Source: Mycobacteriales bacterium (GTDB taxonomy: Bacteria > Actinomycetota > Actinomycetes > Mycobacteriales > SCTD01). Taken from it: a stretch of 64,000 nucleotides of DNA. Below are positions 1 through 8,099 of the stretch, piece by piece. The notes under the pieces are model-generated. The model made no database searches and was not told the origin of the DNA. It saw nothing but the letters and a program-made list of their open reading frames with translations. The stretch spans positions 3,401 through 67,400 of the forward strand of contig JBKJVH010000205.1 in assembly GCA_046590985.1 (NCBI GenBank), given 5' to 3'. The first letter of the stretch is position 1. Each line of letters starts with the position of its first letter. Made by a program: the position numbers and the translations under genes.

Positions 1-1731
1 GTCGTCGGCGCGGTAGCAGGTGATCCGCAGCACGCCCTCCCACGGCGCGGCACGGTCGTTCGCCAGGTGGACCGCGACCCCATCCAGCCCCTCATCGGTG
101 AACCAGATCGCCCGTGGTGCCAGAGATCTGCGCAGCGACCACCAGGGCGACTTCGGCGTGCCGTTGGACCGGAGCACCCCCCACCCGGCGCCGGGCTGCA
201 GGTCGCGGAGCCACAGCACCAGCCCGCCCCGGTTGGGGGAGGTGGATCGACGCCACTCGCCGAAGACGTGCGCCATCAGCTCCCCGACGACAGCTTCGGA
301 CGGCCGGTCGAGCGTCTGGGCGTAGTGCTCCCGCACGTCGGCGAAGTCCCAGTCGGCGCCGTTGTCCCGCGGGACCCAGGCGTCAGCGTCGGAGGACGGG
401 TTGGCGAAGGCCAGGCACTCCGATGCGAAGAGCACGCCTGCCGGCCGGACATCCGACAGCGGCCGGCGGTAGCCGCCCACCCCGAAGTAGTGCGCGACAC
501 CCGCGCCGACCCGGAACGGCAGTGCTCCGCCGACGGGGGAGTTCGCGACCCAGACCGCGCGGTCGCCGACCAGGGCCGGCGCCTGCTCGTCGAGGAACGG
601 CGTCCGCCACAGGTTCGGGTCCAGGCCCAGCATCGCGACCTGCTGGGCGGTCTCGCTGCCGCCGCAGACGACTGCCAGGGAGGGGTGTCCGGCCGCTCGC
701 TCCAGCAGGTCGCCGAGCTCCCCGGCGACGTCGAGCTGGTCGTGCGGCACGTCGAGGTTGGCCAGCGCCAGGTCGTGCCAGACCAGCACCCCGAGCTCGT
801 CGCAAGCTGCGAAGAACGCCTCCGACTCGTACGGGGCAAGCCCAGGCACGCGGAGCAGGTTCATGCCCGCGTCGCGGGCCAGCTGGACCGTCTCGTAGGG
901 GTCTTCGGGCACCCCGGCGAGCAGTCCCGGTGGTGTCCAGACCGCGCCGCGCGCCCAGACCGGGACGCCGTTGACGACGAGGTCCACCGACGTGTCGGAG
1001 GCGTTCTGGACTGACCGGAAGCCCACCCGGGCGACGGTGGTCGTGACGCCCTCCAGGGTTCGGGTCACGTCGTGCAGCACCGGCTCGCCGTGGGTGTGCG
1101 GCCACCACCGCTCGACGTCGGGCAGGCGCAGCTCCGAGGTCCCGGAGACGTCGGCGCAGTGGAACACCCCCTCGCCGGTGACGGTGACGACACCCACGGA
1201 ACCGTCGAGCCGGGTCGAGACCGAGAAGGCAGACCTTCGCGTCTCCAGCCGGACAGGGCGCCACGGCCCGACGACCGGCGGCCCTGGCGCGATGCCGGGG
1301 CAGCGGCCGAGCAGGGTGGTACGGATCAGCCGGAGGTTGTTGTCCGCCACGAGCCGGGTGCGCCAGCGAGCCCGGGGCGGCCTTCCGTCGGGCAGTGCCG
1401 TGGCCAGGGGCAGGCACCGGATCTCGAGCACGGATCCCTTGCTCACCAGGGACGTGACGTCCACACGTGTCGCCGCGAACATCGACCGGCCATCGGCCAC
1501 CACGGTGCCGTCGAGGACGGCCTCCCAGGAGGTGGCCACTCCCTCCAGGACCAGGTCCACCGGCGCTGCGGGCACCTCGTCGACCACGGTCCGGAAGGTC
1601 CAGGGGCGTTCGTCGGCGTCGAGCGCCTGGGGGAAGACTTGCGTCACGGTGCCCGGGACCGTCACAGGCGTCTGCGTCCCGTCGTCGGCCAGCAGCTGCC
1701 AGCCGGTGAGGCCGGTGCTAGGCCAGCTCAT
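1..1731 (-). CDS. Glycoside hydrolase family 2 (beta-mannosidase-like), 3' end runs off the window
   Basis: Not in the ORF track; my translation from ATG 1731 gives MSWPSTGLTGWQLL...WWPHTHGEPVLH...VNGVPVWARGAVW...AGMNLLRV...ACDELGVLVWHD...HPSLAVVCGGSE, typical GH2 mannosidase motifs. Overlaps the upstream stop codon. Confidence 0.8.
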   Translation of the reverse strand, partial: MSWPSTGLTGWQLLADDGTQTPVTVPGTVTQVFPQALDADERPWTFRTVVDEVPAAPVDLVLEGVATSWEAVLDGTVVADGRSMFAATRVDVTSLVSKGSVLEIRCLPLATALPDGRPPRARWRTRLVADNNLRLIRTTLLGRCPGIAPGPPVVGPWRPVRLETRRSAFSVSTRLDGSVGVVTVTGEGVFHCADVSGTSELRLPDVERWWPHTHGEPVLHDVTRTLEGVTTTVARVGFRSVQNASDTSVDLVVNGVPVWARGAVWTPPGLLAGVPEDPYETVQLARDAGMNLLRVPGLAPYESEAFFAACDELGVLVWHDLALANLDVPHDQLDVAGELGDLLERAAGHPSLAVVCGGSETAQQVAMLGLDPNLWRTPFLDEQAPALVGDRAVWVANSPVGGALPFRVGAGVAHYFGVGGYRRPLSDVRPAGVLFASECLAFANPSSDADAWVPRDNGADWDFADVREHYAQTLDRPSEAVVGELMAHVFGEWRRSTSPNRGGLVLWLRDLQPGAGWGVLRSNGTPKSPWWSLRRSLAPRAIWFTDEGLDGVAVHLANDRAAPWEGVLRITCYRADD

Positions 1732-2644
1732 CGAGGCGCTCCTGGGCCTGGGCCCAGGACGAGGTGAGCGCCCCCACGAGCTCGGTCGGGTCGAACGGCT
1801 TGCGGCGCATCAGCCGCATCGTCAGGGTGCGGGTCCACTGGGACACCTGGTCCAGGCAGCGAGCCGCGTCCTCGCCGGCTGGTCCGAGCACCCAGCGCAC
1901 GTGGGCCGCTGCCAGCGCCCCGGCGGCGCCGGCCATGCGGGTGGTGGCGAACGCGAAGACGTGGACGTGCGCGGCGTCCAGGGCCACGATCTCGTCCAGC
2001 TCGCGCTCCAGCTGCTCACCGAAGGCGAGGAATGGACTGCGAGAAGGCCTGCGCAGCAAGGCATCCCGCAGCAGCTCACGCGACAGCCCTCGGAGCTCAT
2101 CGCCCTCGAGGGCGGTGCCCGCGTCGAAGCGGACGACCTCGACGTACCCGGGCAGCCCGTCGGGTACGAGGACCCGCGCGAGGTCCTCGCCCTCGAGGGC
2201 GTACAGGCCGGCGTTGTGGAAGTAGACGAGACGGTCGGCCGTGAGCGACTCGACGCCGACGGCCGTCTTGACGTGTGCCTGGCGGTAGGACGTGCCGGCG
2301 GTGTCGGGCAGCCACCAGCCGTCCACCTCGACGAGCAAGGTGCGCCCCTGCTGGAGCTGGGTCTCGATGTGGGAGGTCAGCGCCCGATAGGGCTGGAGTT
2401 CGTGGATGTCCACCCCGTACAGGGCTTCGAGCTCTTCGGGCCGGGGCTTGAAGAACGTGAACTGGTCGCCCTCGTGGTCCAGCGCGAGGGTGCAGCCCAG
2501 CGCAGCCAGCGGCTCCAGGCCCTTGGCGTGCAGCAGCTCCACGACCACATCGGTCCAGCAGTTCGTCTCGGGGTAGCCGAAGTCCGGCCGGTGGACGGCG
2601 TGCGGCTGGTAGGTCGCCGGGTCGAGCCCGAGCAGTGCGGTCAC
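1718..2644 (-). CDS. DUF1839-like protein (Cys/His-containing, possible ACP-dependent acyltransferase)
   Basis: ETNCWTD, DHEGDQFTFFKP and EVDGWWLPDTAGTSYRQAHVKT motifs; sits next to an aa:ACP ligase as usual for this family. Confidence 0.7.
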   Translation of the reverse strand: MTALLGLDPATYQPHAVHRPDFGYPETNCWTDVVVELLHAKGLEPLAALGCTLALDHEGDQFTFFKPRPEELEALYGVDIHELQPYRALTSHIETQLQQGRTLLVEVDGWWLPDTAGTSYRQAHVKTAVGVESLTADRLVYFHNAGLYALEGEDLARVLVPDGLPGYVEVVRFDAGTALEGDELRGLSRELLRDALLRRPSRSPFLAFGEQLERELDEIVALDAAHVHVFAFATTRMAGAAGALAAAHVRWVLGPAGEDAARCLDQVSQWTRTLTMRLMRRKPFDPTELVGALTSSWAQAQERLDELA

Positions 2645-3564
2645 GCCGCCAGCTCGGCGATCACCTGAGCCGGCCAGGCCGCCGGGTCCAGGCCGTGGGT
2701 GTACAGCAGCGCGAGCACGCAGCGCTCGATGCCGAACCCGAGGCAGGCGGTGTGGAGAGCCTCGCCGGTGGCCGACACCAGCCCGAACACGGACGCGAAG
2801 TGGTCGGCGTGCGCGTTGAACGAGGCGATCGCCGTGGGGCCGTCCCCGCCCACGTCCACGAGGATCTCGAACTTCAGCTTCTGCTCGCGCTGGTTGCGGG
2901 CGAGCATCCGGCCGGAGCGGCCGAAGAACGGGTCGTTGGCCTCGTCGAACGCGGCCGGCAGGCCCAGGGACTGCAGGAAGGTCAGCGCCCGGTCGCGCCA
3001 GCTGTCACGCCAGGCTCCTACGGCATCGGCGGAGTCGCAGCGGACCAGCTCGCGCATCTGGAAGGCCTGCAGCCGGCAGGGGTCGTCGGACGGTTCGTGC
3101 CGGAACACCCAGGCCGCGCCGGTGTCGATCGTGATGCCCCCGGCTGGGATCGGGGACCGGCTCAGCGCCGGGTAGACCGGGTGACACGCGGCCGGGACGA
3201 GCACCGTGTCGGCCACCGTGAGGTGCCCGCTCCAGTCCTGGTGGGCGTGAGCCTTCTCGCCGAGGTCACGGGCGTCGAGCTCGCTACCGCGGAACGCGAA
3301 CACCGACCCGGCGAGCTGGGGGAACGACGCCAGGTAGCCGACGGACTCCATGTCCGTCCGGGGCTCGATGGGCGGGAACTCCATCGACACGGCGCCCTCA
3401 GAGCTGCAGAGCCGGCCGATGCGGCTGTCGAGCCGCCGCCGCAGGGCCACGAACGCCGCGCCCTGGCCGGTGACACCGGGAACCGTGCTCGGGACGAGCC
3501 AGCCCTCGATGACCAGCCGCTCCCGGAGCTCCCGTTGCGCGGGAGTCGCCTGTGGAGCGTCCAT
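2641..3564 (-). CDS. Amino acid--[acyl-carrier-protein] ligase (class II SerRS-like catalytic core, no tRNA-binding domain)
   Basis: GYLASFPQL, PAACHPVY, FRHEPS, F(Q)MRELV, ANDPFFGR, SFNAHADHF, HTACLGFGIER; only 307 aa. Confidence 0.88.
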   Translation of the reverse strand: MDAPQATPAQRELRERLVIEGWLVPSTVPGVTGQGAAFVALRRRLDSRIGRLCSSEGAVSMEFPPIEPRTDMESVGYLASFPQLAGSVFAFRGSELDARDLGEKAHAHQDWSGHLTVADTVLVPAACHPVYPALSRSPIPAGGITIDTGAAWVFRHEPSDDPCRLQAFQMRELVRCDSADAVGAWRDSWRDRALTFLQSLGLPAAFDEANDPFFGRSGRMLARNQREQKLKFEILVDVGGDGPTAIASFNAHADHFASVFGLVSATGEALHTACLGFGIERCVLALLYTHGLDPAAWPAQVIAELAA

Positions 3565-3565
3565 G

Positions 3566-4687
3566 TCAGCCCTCCTTGACCACCATCAGCAGGGCGGCGT
3601 TCGTCTCGTGCAACCGGTCGTTGGACACCATCAAAGACGCCGAGAGGCTGTCGCGCAGCAACCTACCGATGGAGAACGGCGAGTCGTTGCGATACCCGGA
3701 GATGCCCGTGACCTCCAGCGACCCCTGACACACCGACGCAACCGAGGTCGACACCGACGTCTTGAGCACGTTGTGGCGCAGCGCCGCGCTCATCGTCCGC
3801 AGGGCGGGCCGGCCGGGCTCGGCGACCTCGCGGACGTAGCGGTCGAGCGCCTCAGCGAGCTGGGCCCGGGTCGCGGCGAGCTCGTTGTACAGCTCCGAGA
3901 GCCGGTGGGCACGGGCAGAGCCGCGCTGTGCGCCGGCCGCCTTCAGGGACTTGCGGGCCCGGTCGAACGCCTCGATCGCGATGCCGACCCAAAGGTGGCC
4001 CCACAGCAGGTGCGACACCGGCACCATGCTCTCGGCTCCGATGGTCGTGTACGGCGCCGGCACGACCTGCTCCGGGCTGAACGTGGCGCTCACCGTGAAG
4101 CCGGGGGAGCAGGTGCCACGCATCCCGAGCGGGTCCCACGTACCGGTCATGGCCATGGTGTTCTGGGCGCGGGTGGTGAGAACAGCCACCTGGTCGCCAC
4201 CCTCGGCCTCGGGAGCGCGGCGCAGGGTCGTGAGGAGGTCGTCGGCGTACTGGCCGTAGGAGACGGTGGGAGCCTGCTTGGTGAACCTGCAGGTGCCGTC
4301 GTCGAGGGTCTCGACGGCAGCGATGGAGCGGCTCATGTCGCCACCGGTGCCGATCTCGGACGTCACCGAGCCGATGAGCCGCTGCTCGGTGCGGAGGTCC
4401 TCGGTGTAGCCCTTGACCCAGTCCCAACCGTCGCTGTGCTGGACGAGCACGGCCACCTCGATCTGGTGCATCGCGAAGACCATGGCGCTGGCCGAGCAGG
4501 AGCGGCCGAGCAGCTGGCAGGCCTCGGCGACCTCGCGGAACGGCACCCCGTCGACGAGGGCGGACAGCGCCCCGGTGTCCTTGAGCGCGTCGAGGGCCTC
4601 CTGAGGGAAGCGGGCACCGGCATCCACGTCGACGGCGTGCTCGGCCGCAACGGCGGCGGCGGACCGGATGCCGTCCAGAAAGGCCAT
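3566..4687 (-). CDS. Acyl-CoA/acyl-ACP dehydrogenase
   Basis: SVTSEIGTGG, WDPLGMRGTCS, GISGYRNDSPFSIGRLLRD. Confidence 0.85.
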   Translation of the reverse strand: MAFLDGIRSAAAVAAEHAVDVDAGARFPQEALDALKDTGALSALVDGVPFREVAEACQLLGRSCSASAMVFAMHQIEVAVLVQHSDGWDWVKGYTEDLRTEQRLIGSVTSEIGTGGDMSRSIAAVETLDDGTCRFTKQAPTVSYGQYADDLLTTLRRAPEAEGGDQVAVLTTRAQNTMAMTGTWDPLGMRGTCSPGFTVSATFSPEQVVPAPYTTIGAESMVPVSHLLWGHLWVGIAIEAFDRARKSLKAAGAQRGSARAHRLSELYNELAATRAQLAEALDRYVREVAEPGRPALRTMSAALRHNVLKTSVSTSVASVCQGSLEVTGISGYRNDSPFSIGRLLRDSLSASLMVSNDRLHETNAALLMVVKEG

Positions 4688-4941
4688 CAGGCGGTGGCTG
4701 CCAGCTCGTCCAGCGCGCTACGGATGCTGGCGATGCTCGAGAACACCTCACGGGTCAGCATCCGGTCGGGGAACTCCACGTCGAAGGCCTCCTCGAGTCC
4801 GAGCATGACGCTGATGCTCGCATGCGAGGTCATGCCTGCTTGGTAGAGGTCCGCCTCCTCGCCCAGCGTGGCGGGCGAGACGGGAAGCCGGCCCTGCTCG
4901 GCCAGGACGATGCGGATCAGGTCATTCATGTCAGCGGTCAT
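4687..4941 (-). CDS. Acyl/aminoacyl carrier protein
   Basis: 84 aa, acidic; DLYQAGMTSHAS phosphopantetheine-Ser motif; LEEAFDVEFPD. Confidence 0.88.
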   Translation of the reverse strand: MTADMNDLIRIVLAEQGRLPVSPATLGEEADLYQAGMTSHASISVMLGLEEAFDVEFPDRMLTREVFSSIASIRSALDELAATA

Positions 4942-5336
4942 CGGCAGGTAGGTGCCTGTCCTACAGGGCTCCCTTGCGCGATGACGACGGCGCAGGCGGC
5001 ATCACCGTCGTGCGTCAGCGACACCGCGAACTCTGCGAGGCCCTCGCTGGCGGCCCGCGCTGCGGCCAGGCCGGTGAGGTGCAGCTCGACGTGCCCTCCG
5101 GGGTCACGCACGATCTCGATGTCGCTCCACGGCAGCGGGGTGTCCGCCGCCGGCCGGAGCACCTTGAGGGTGGCCTCCTTCGCGGCGAACCGGCCAGCCA
5201 GCCGGGCGGCGTCGCCGCCGCAGTCGGTGAGCTCCTGTGCGGTGTAGACCCGCTCCAGGTAGCGGTCGCCGTGCGCCGCGACCGCCTCGCGCACGGTCGT
5301 CACGGAGGTCAGGTCGATCCCGACGCGTTGAGCCAT
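4938..5336 (-). CDS. acpS: Holo-ACP synthase (4'-phosphopantetheinyl transferase)
   Basis: VGIDL, LAGRFAAKEA, VSLTHD. The start could instead be GTG 5351. Confidence 0.88.
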   Translation of the reverse strand: MAQRVGIDLTSVTTVREAVAAHGDRYLERVYTAQELTDCGGDAARLAGRFAAKEATLKVLRPAADTPLPWSDIEIVRDPGGHVELHLTGLAAARAASEGLAEFAVSLTHDGDAACAVVIAQGSPVGQAPTCR

Positions 5337-5508
5337 GGGCAGATCATGCACGTTTGGGCGCCGGCACGTCTTCGACCGTCATCGTGAGGACCGACGCTGA
5401 GTGCTCGCCGACCGTGACCCACCAGCCCTGTGAATGCACGCGCAGAGTGTAGGAAGCCGACCCAGTAGCGTGGGGCACCAGCGCCCCATCAGCCTCTGAC
5501 CTGCGGAG

Positions 5509-6846
5509 ATGAGTCGGATCGACAAGCAACAAGAGTTCGTGCTCCGCACCCTCGAGGAGCGGGACATCCGCTTCATCCGGCTGTGGTTCACCGACGTGCT
5601 CGGGACCTTGAAGTCGGTCGCCATCGCCCCCGCTGAGCTCGAAGGCGCGTTCGCCGAGGGCATCGGCTTCGACGGCTCCGCCATCGAGGGCTTCGCGCGG
5701 GTGCAGGAGAGCGACATGCTCGCCAAGCCGGACCCAGCGACCTTCCAGGTGCTGCCGTGGCGCGGCGAGAACCCAGGTACAGCAAGGATGTTCTGCGACA
5801 TCCAGATGCCGGACGGGTCGCCGTCCTGGGCCGACCCGCGGCACGTGCTGCGGCGCGCGCTGGGCAAAGCGGCCGATGCCGGCTTCACGTTCTACACGCA
5901 TCCGGAGATCGAGTTCTTCCTGCTCAAGTCCGACGAGCAGCCACCGGTCCCGGTCGACAGGGGGGGCTACTTCGACCTGACCCCGCACGACGTCAGCCAC
6001 GACTTCCGGCGCACCACGATCACGATGCTCGAGCGCCTCGGCATCTCGGTGGAGTACAGCCACCACGAGGTCGCACCCGGCCAGCAGGAGATCGACCTGC
6101 GCTATGCCGACGCGCTGAGCACCGCCGACAACATCCTCACCGCCCGGCACGTCATCAAGGAGGTCGCGCTCTCGCAGGGCGTCTACGCGACGTTCATGCC
6201 GAAGCCGTTCAGCGACCAGCCGGGCAGCGGCATGCACACCCACCTGTCGCTGTTCGAGGGCGACCAGAACGCCTTCTACGACGGCAACGACCCGCTGCAC
6301 CTGTCGAAGGTGGCCAGGCAGTTCATCGCGGGGCTGCTGCGGCATGCCTCGGAGATCACCGCTGTCACGAACCAGTGGGTGAACTCCTACAAGCGGCTCA
6401 CCTGGGGTGGGGAGGCACCGCCGTACGTCTGTTGGGGGTCCAACAACCGCTCCGCGATGGTGCGCGTTCCGATGTACAAGCCGACCAAGGGCAACAGCAC
6501 CCGGATCGAGGTCCGCAGCCCGGACTCCGCGACCAACCCCTACTTGTGCTTCGCGCTGCTGCTGGCCGCCGGTCTCAAGGGCGTCGAGGAGGGGTACGAG
6601 CTGCCTCCCGGCGCCGAGGACGACGTCTGGGCGCTGTCCGACGGCGAGCGCCGCGCGCTGGGCATCACCCCGCTCCCCGGGTCGCTGTCGGAGGCCATCG
6701 AGTGCATGGAGCGCAGCGAGCTGGTGGCCGAGACCCTTGGTGAGCACGTCTTCGACTTCTTCCTGCGCAACAAGCGCGAGGAGTGGAAGGCCTACCGCCA
6801 GGAGGTCACCCCGTTCGAACTCGGCCGCTACCTCCCCGTGCTGTGA
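5509..6846 (+). CDS. glnA2: Glutamine synthetase type I (GlnA2-like)
   Basis: FDGSAIEGF, HHEVAPGQQEI, FMPKPF, GSGMHTH, NSYKRL, RIEVRSPD; precedes glnE. Confidence 0.93.
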   Translation: MSRIDKQQEFVLRTLEERDIRFIRLWFTDVLGTLKSVAIAPAELEGAFAEGIGFDGSAIEGFARVQESDMLAKPDPATFQVLPWRGENPGTARMFCDIQMPDGSPSWADPRHVLRRALGKAADAGFTFYTHPEIEFFLLKSDEQPPVPVDRGGYFDLTPHDVSHDFRRTTITMLERLGISVEYSHHEVAPGQQEIDLRYADALSTADNILTARHVIKEVALSQGVYATFMPKPFSDQPGSGMHTHLSLFEGDQNAFYDGNDPLHLSKVARQFIAGLLRHASEITAVTNQWVNSYKRLTWGGEAPPYVCWGSNNRSAMVRVPMYKPTKGNSTRIEVRSPDSATNPYLCFALLLAAGLKGVEEGYELPPGAEDDVWALSDGERRALGITPLPGSLSEAIECMERSELVAETLGEHVFDFFLRNKREEWKAYRQEVTPFELGRYLPVL

Positions 6847-7550
6847 GGGCGCTGGTCATCACCCACACCGAGTCCGAGAGCCCGGGGCACCTGGGTCGAT
6901 GGCTGCCGGAAGAGGGGCTCGAGCTCGAGGTCGTGGAACCATGGCGTGGCGACGCGCTGCCCGAGGCCCTGGCGGGCTTTGCGGCCGTCGTCGTCATGGG
7001 CGGTCCCCAGCAGGCCTACGACGACGGGTCCGCCACCTGGCTGCGGGCCACCAAGGACCTGCTGCGGGAGGCGGTCGGGTCCGGGCTGCCCACGTTCGGG
7101 ATCTGCCTGGGGGCGCAGCTGCTCGCCGAGGCCGCCGGGGGTCGGGTCATCGAAGGCCCGGCCGGCCCCGAGCTCGGCGCGAAGCTCGTGGCCAAGCGCG
7201 ACGTCGCAGCCGCTGACCCGCTGTTCTGGGACCTGCCGCTGTCGCCGGTGGTGGTCCAGTGGCACTGGGACGTCGTCGTGGACCTGCCGCCGGCGGCGAC
7301 GCTACTGATGTCCAGCGGCCGCTACCCGAACCAGGCGTTCCGGGTCGGAGCGGCCGCCTGGGGCGTCCAGTTCCACATCGAGACGCCGCCGGAGATGGTG
7401 GCCCTCTGGGCCGCCCACAACACCCCGGAGCTGATCGAGCTGGGGCTGGACCCGCAGGCCCTGCTGGATCGGACCCTGCCGGAGCTCGACGAGGTCGAAG
7501 AGGTGTGGGGCGAGGTCCTCCGGCGGTTCGCCCGGCTCGCCGTCGCGTGA
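6843..7550 (+). CDS. Class I glutamine amidotransferase-like protein
   Basis: GICLGAQLLA nucleophile elbow, QFHIE; GTG start overlaps the glnA2 stop (GTGA). Confidence 0.88.
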   Translation: MRALVITHTESESPGHLGRWLPEEGLELEVVEPWRGDALPEALAGFAAVVVMGGPQQAYDDGSATWLRATKDLLREAVGSGLPTFGICLGAQLLAEAAGGRVIEGPAGPELGAKLVAKRDVAAADPLFWDLPLSPVVVQWHWDVVVDLPPAATLLMSSGRYPNQAFRVGAAAWGVQFHIETPPEMVALWAAHNTPELIELGLDPQALLDRTLPELDEVEEVWGEVLRRFARLAVA

Positions 7551-7996
7551 TGGATCTCCGTCCGGTGGCGTTCGCCGAGGCTGGCGGCCTCACCGACGCC
7601 ATGGTTGAGGAGATGAAGGCGCTGTACGAGGACGACGAAGGTGCCTCACCGGCGGCGTCCGATGACTTCCTCCCGCCGGTCGGGGTCTTCCTCGTCGGGG
7701 CGGTCGGCGGGCTCGACGTCGCCTGCGGTGGCCTGCGTCCCCTGAGCGCAGGCCTCGGCGAGATCAAGCGCATGTACGTCGATCCGGCGCACCGCGGACG
7801 TGGTCACTCCCGGACGGTGCTTCGCGGGCTGGTCGCGCATGCCCGGGAGGTCGGCCTGCACGAGGTGTGGCTCGAGACCGGGACACGCCAGCCGGCCGCG
7901 ATCGGGCTCTACGTGGCGGAGGGCTTCACGCCGATCCCTCCCTTCGGGTACTACATCGACCACCCCGAGACGCTCTGCTACGCCCTAGCGCTATGA
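7550..7996 (+). CDS. GNAT family N-acetyltransferase
   Basis: EIKRMYVDPAHRGRG, LETGTRQPAAIGLY; TGATG coupling with the previous gene. Confidence 0.88.
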   Translation: MDLRPVAFAEAGGLTDAMVEEMKALYEDDEGASPAASDDFLPPVGVFLVGAVGGLDVACGGLRPLSAGLGEIKRMYVDPAHRGRGHSRTVLRGLVAHAREVGLHEVWLETGTRQPAAIGLYVAEGFTPIPPFGYYIDHPETLCYALAL

Positions 7997-8008
7997 GCGC
8001 CCTCCCCG

Positions 8009-8079
8009 CCGGTGATCCACGGAACGGGAGCACTCCGATCCCGCCGGTTCTGCGTTGCTCCGGTTCCGTGGATCACCGG
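8009..8079. repeat. Intergenic inverted repeat, 24-bp arms (REP/MITE-like hairpin)
   Basis: CCGGTGATCCACGGAACGGGAGCA (8009-8032) matches the reverse complement of 8056-8079 at 23/24 positions. Confidence 0.85.
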
Positions 8080-8099
8080 GTGAGTGGGGGCGTGACGCG

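Noticed and set aside
2641..3564. Calling this serS (seryl-tRNA synthetase)
   Set aside because: Too short, no tRNA-binding arm, and adjacent to an ACP and PPTase.
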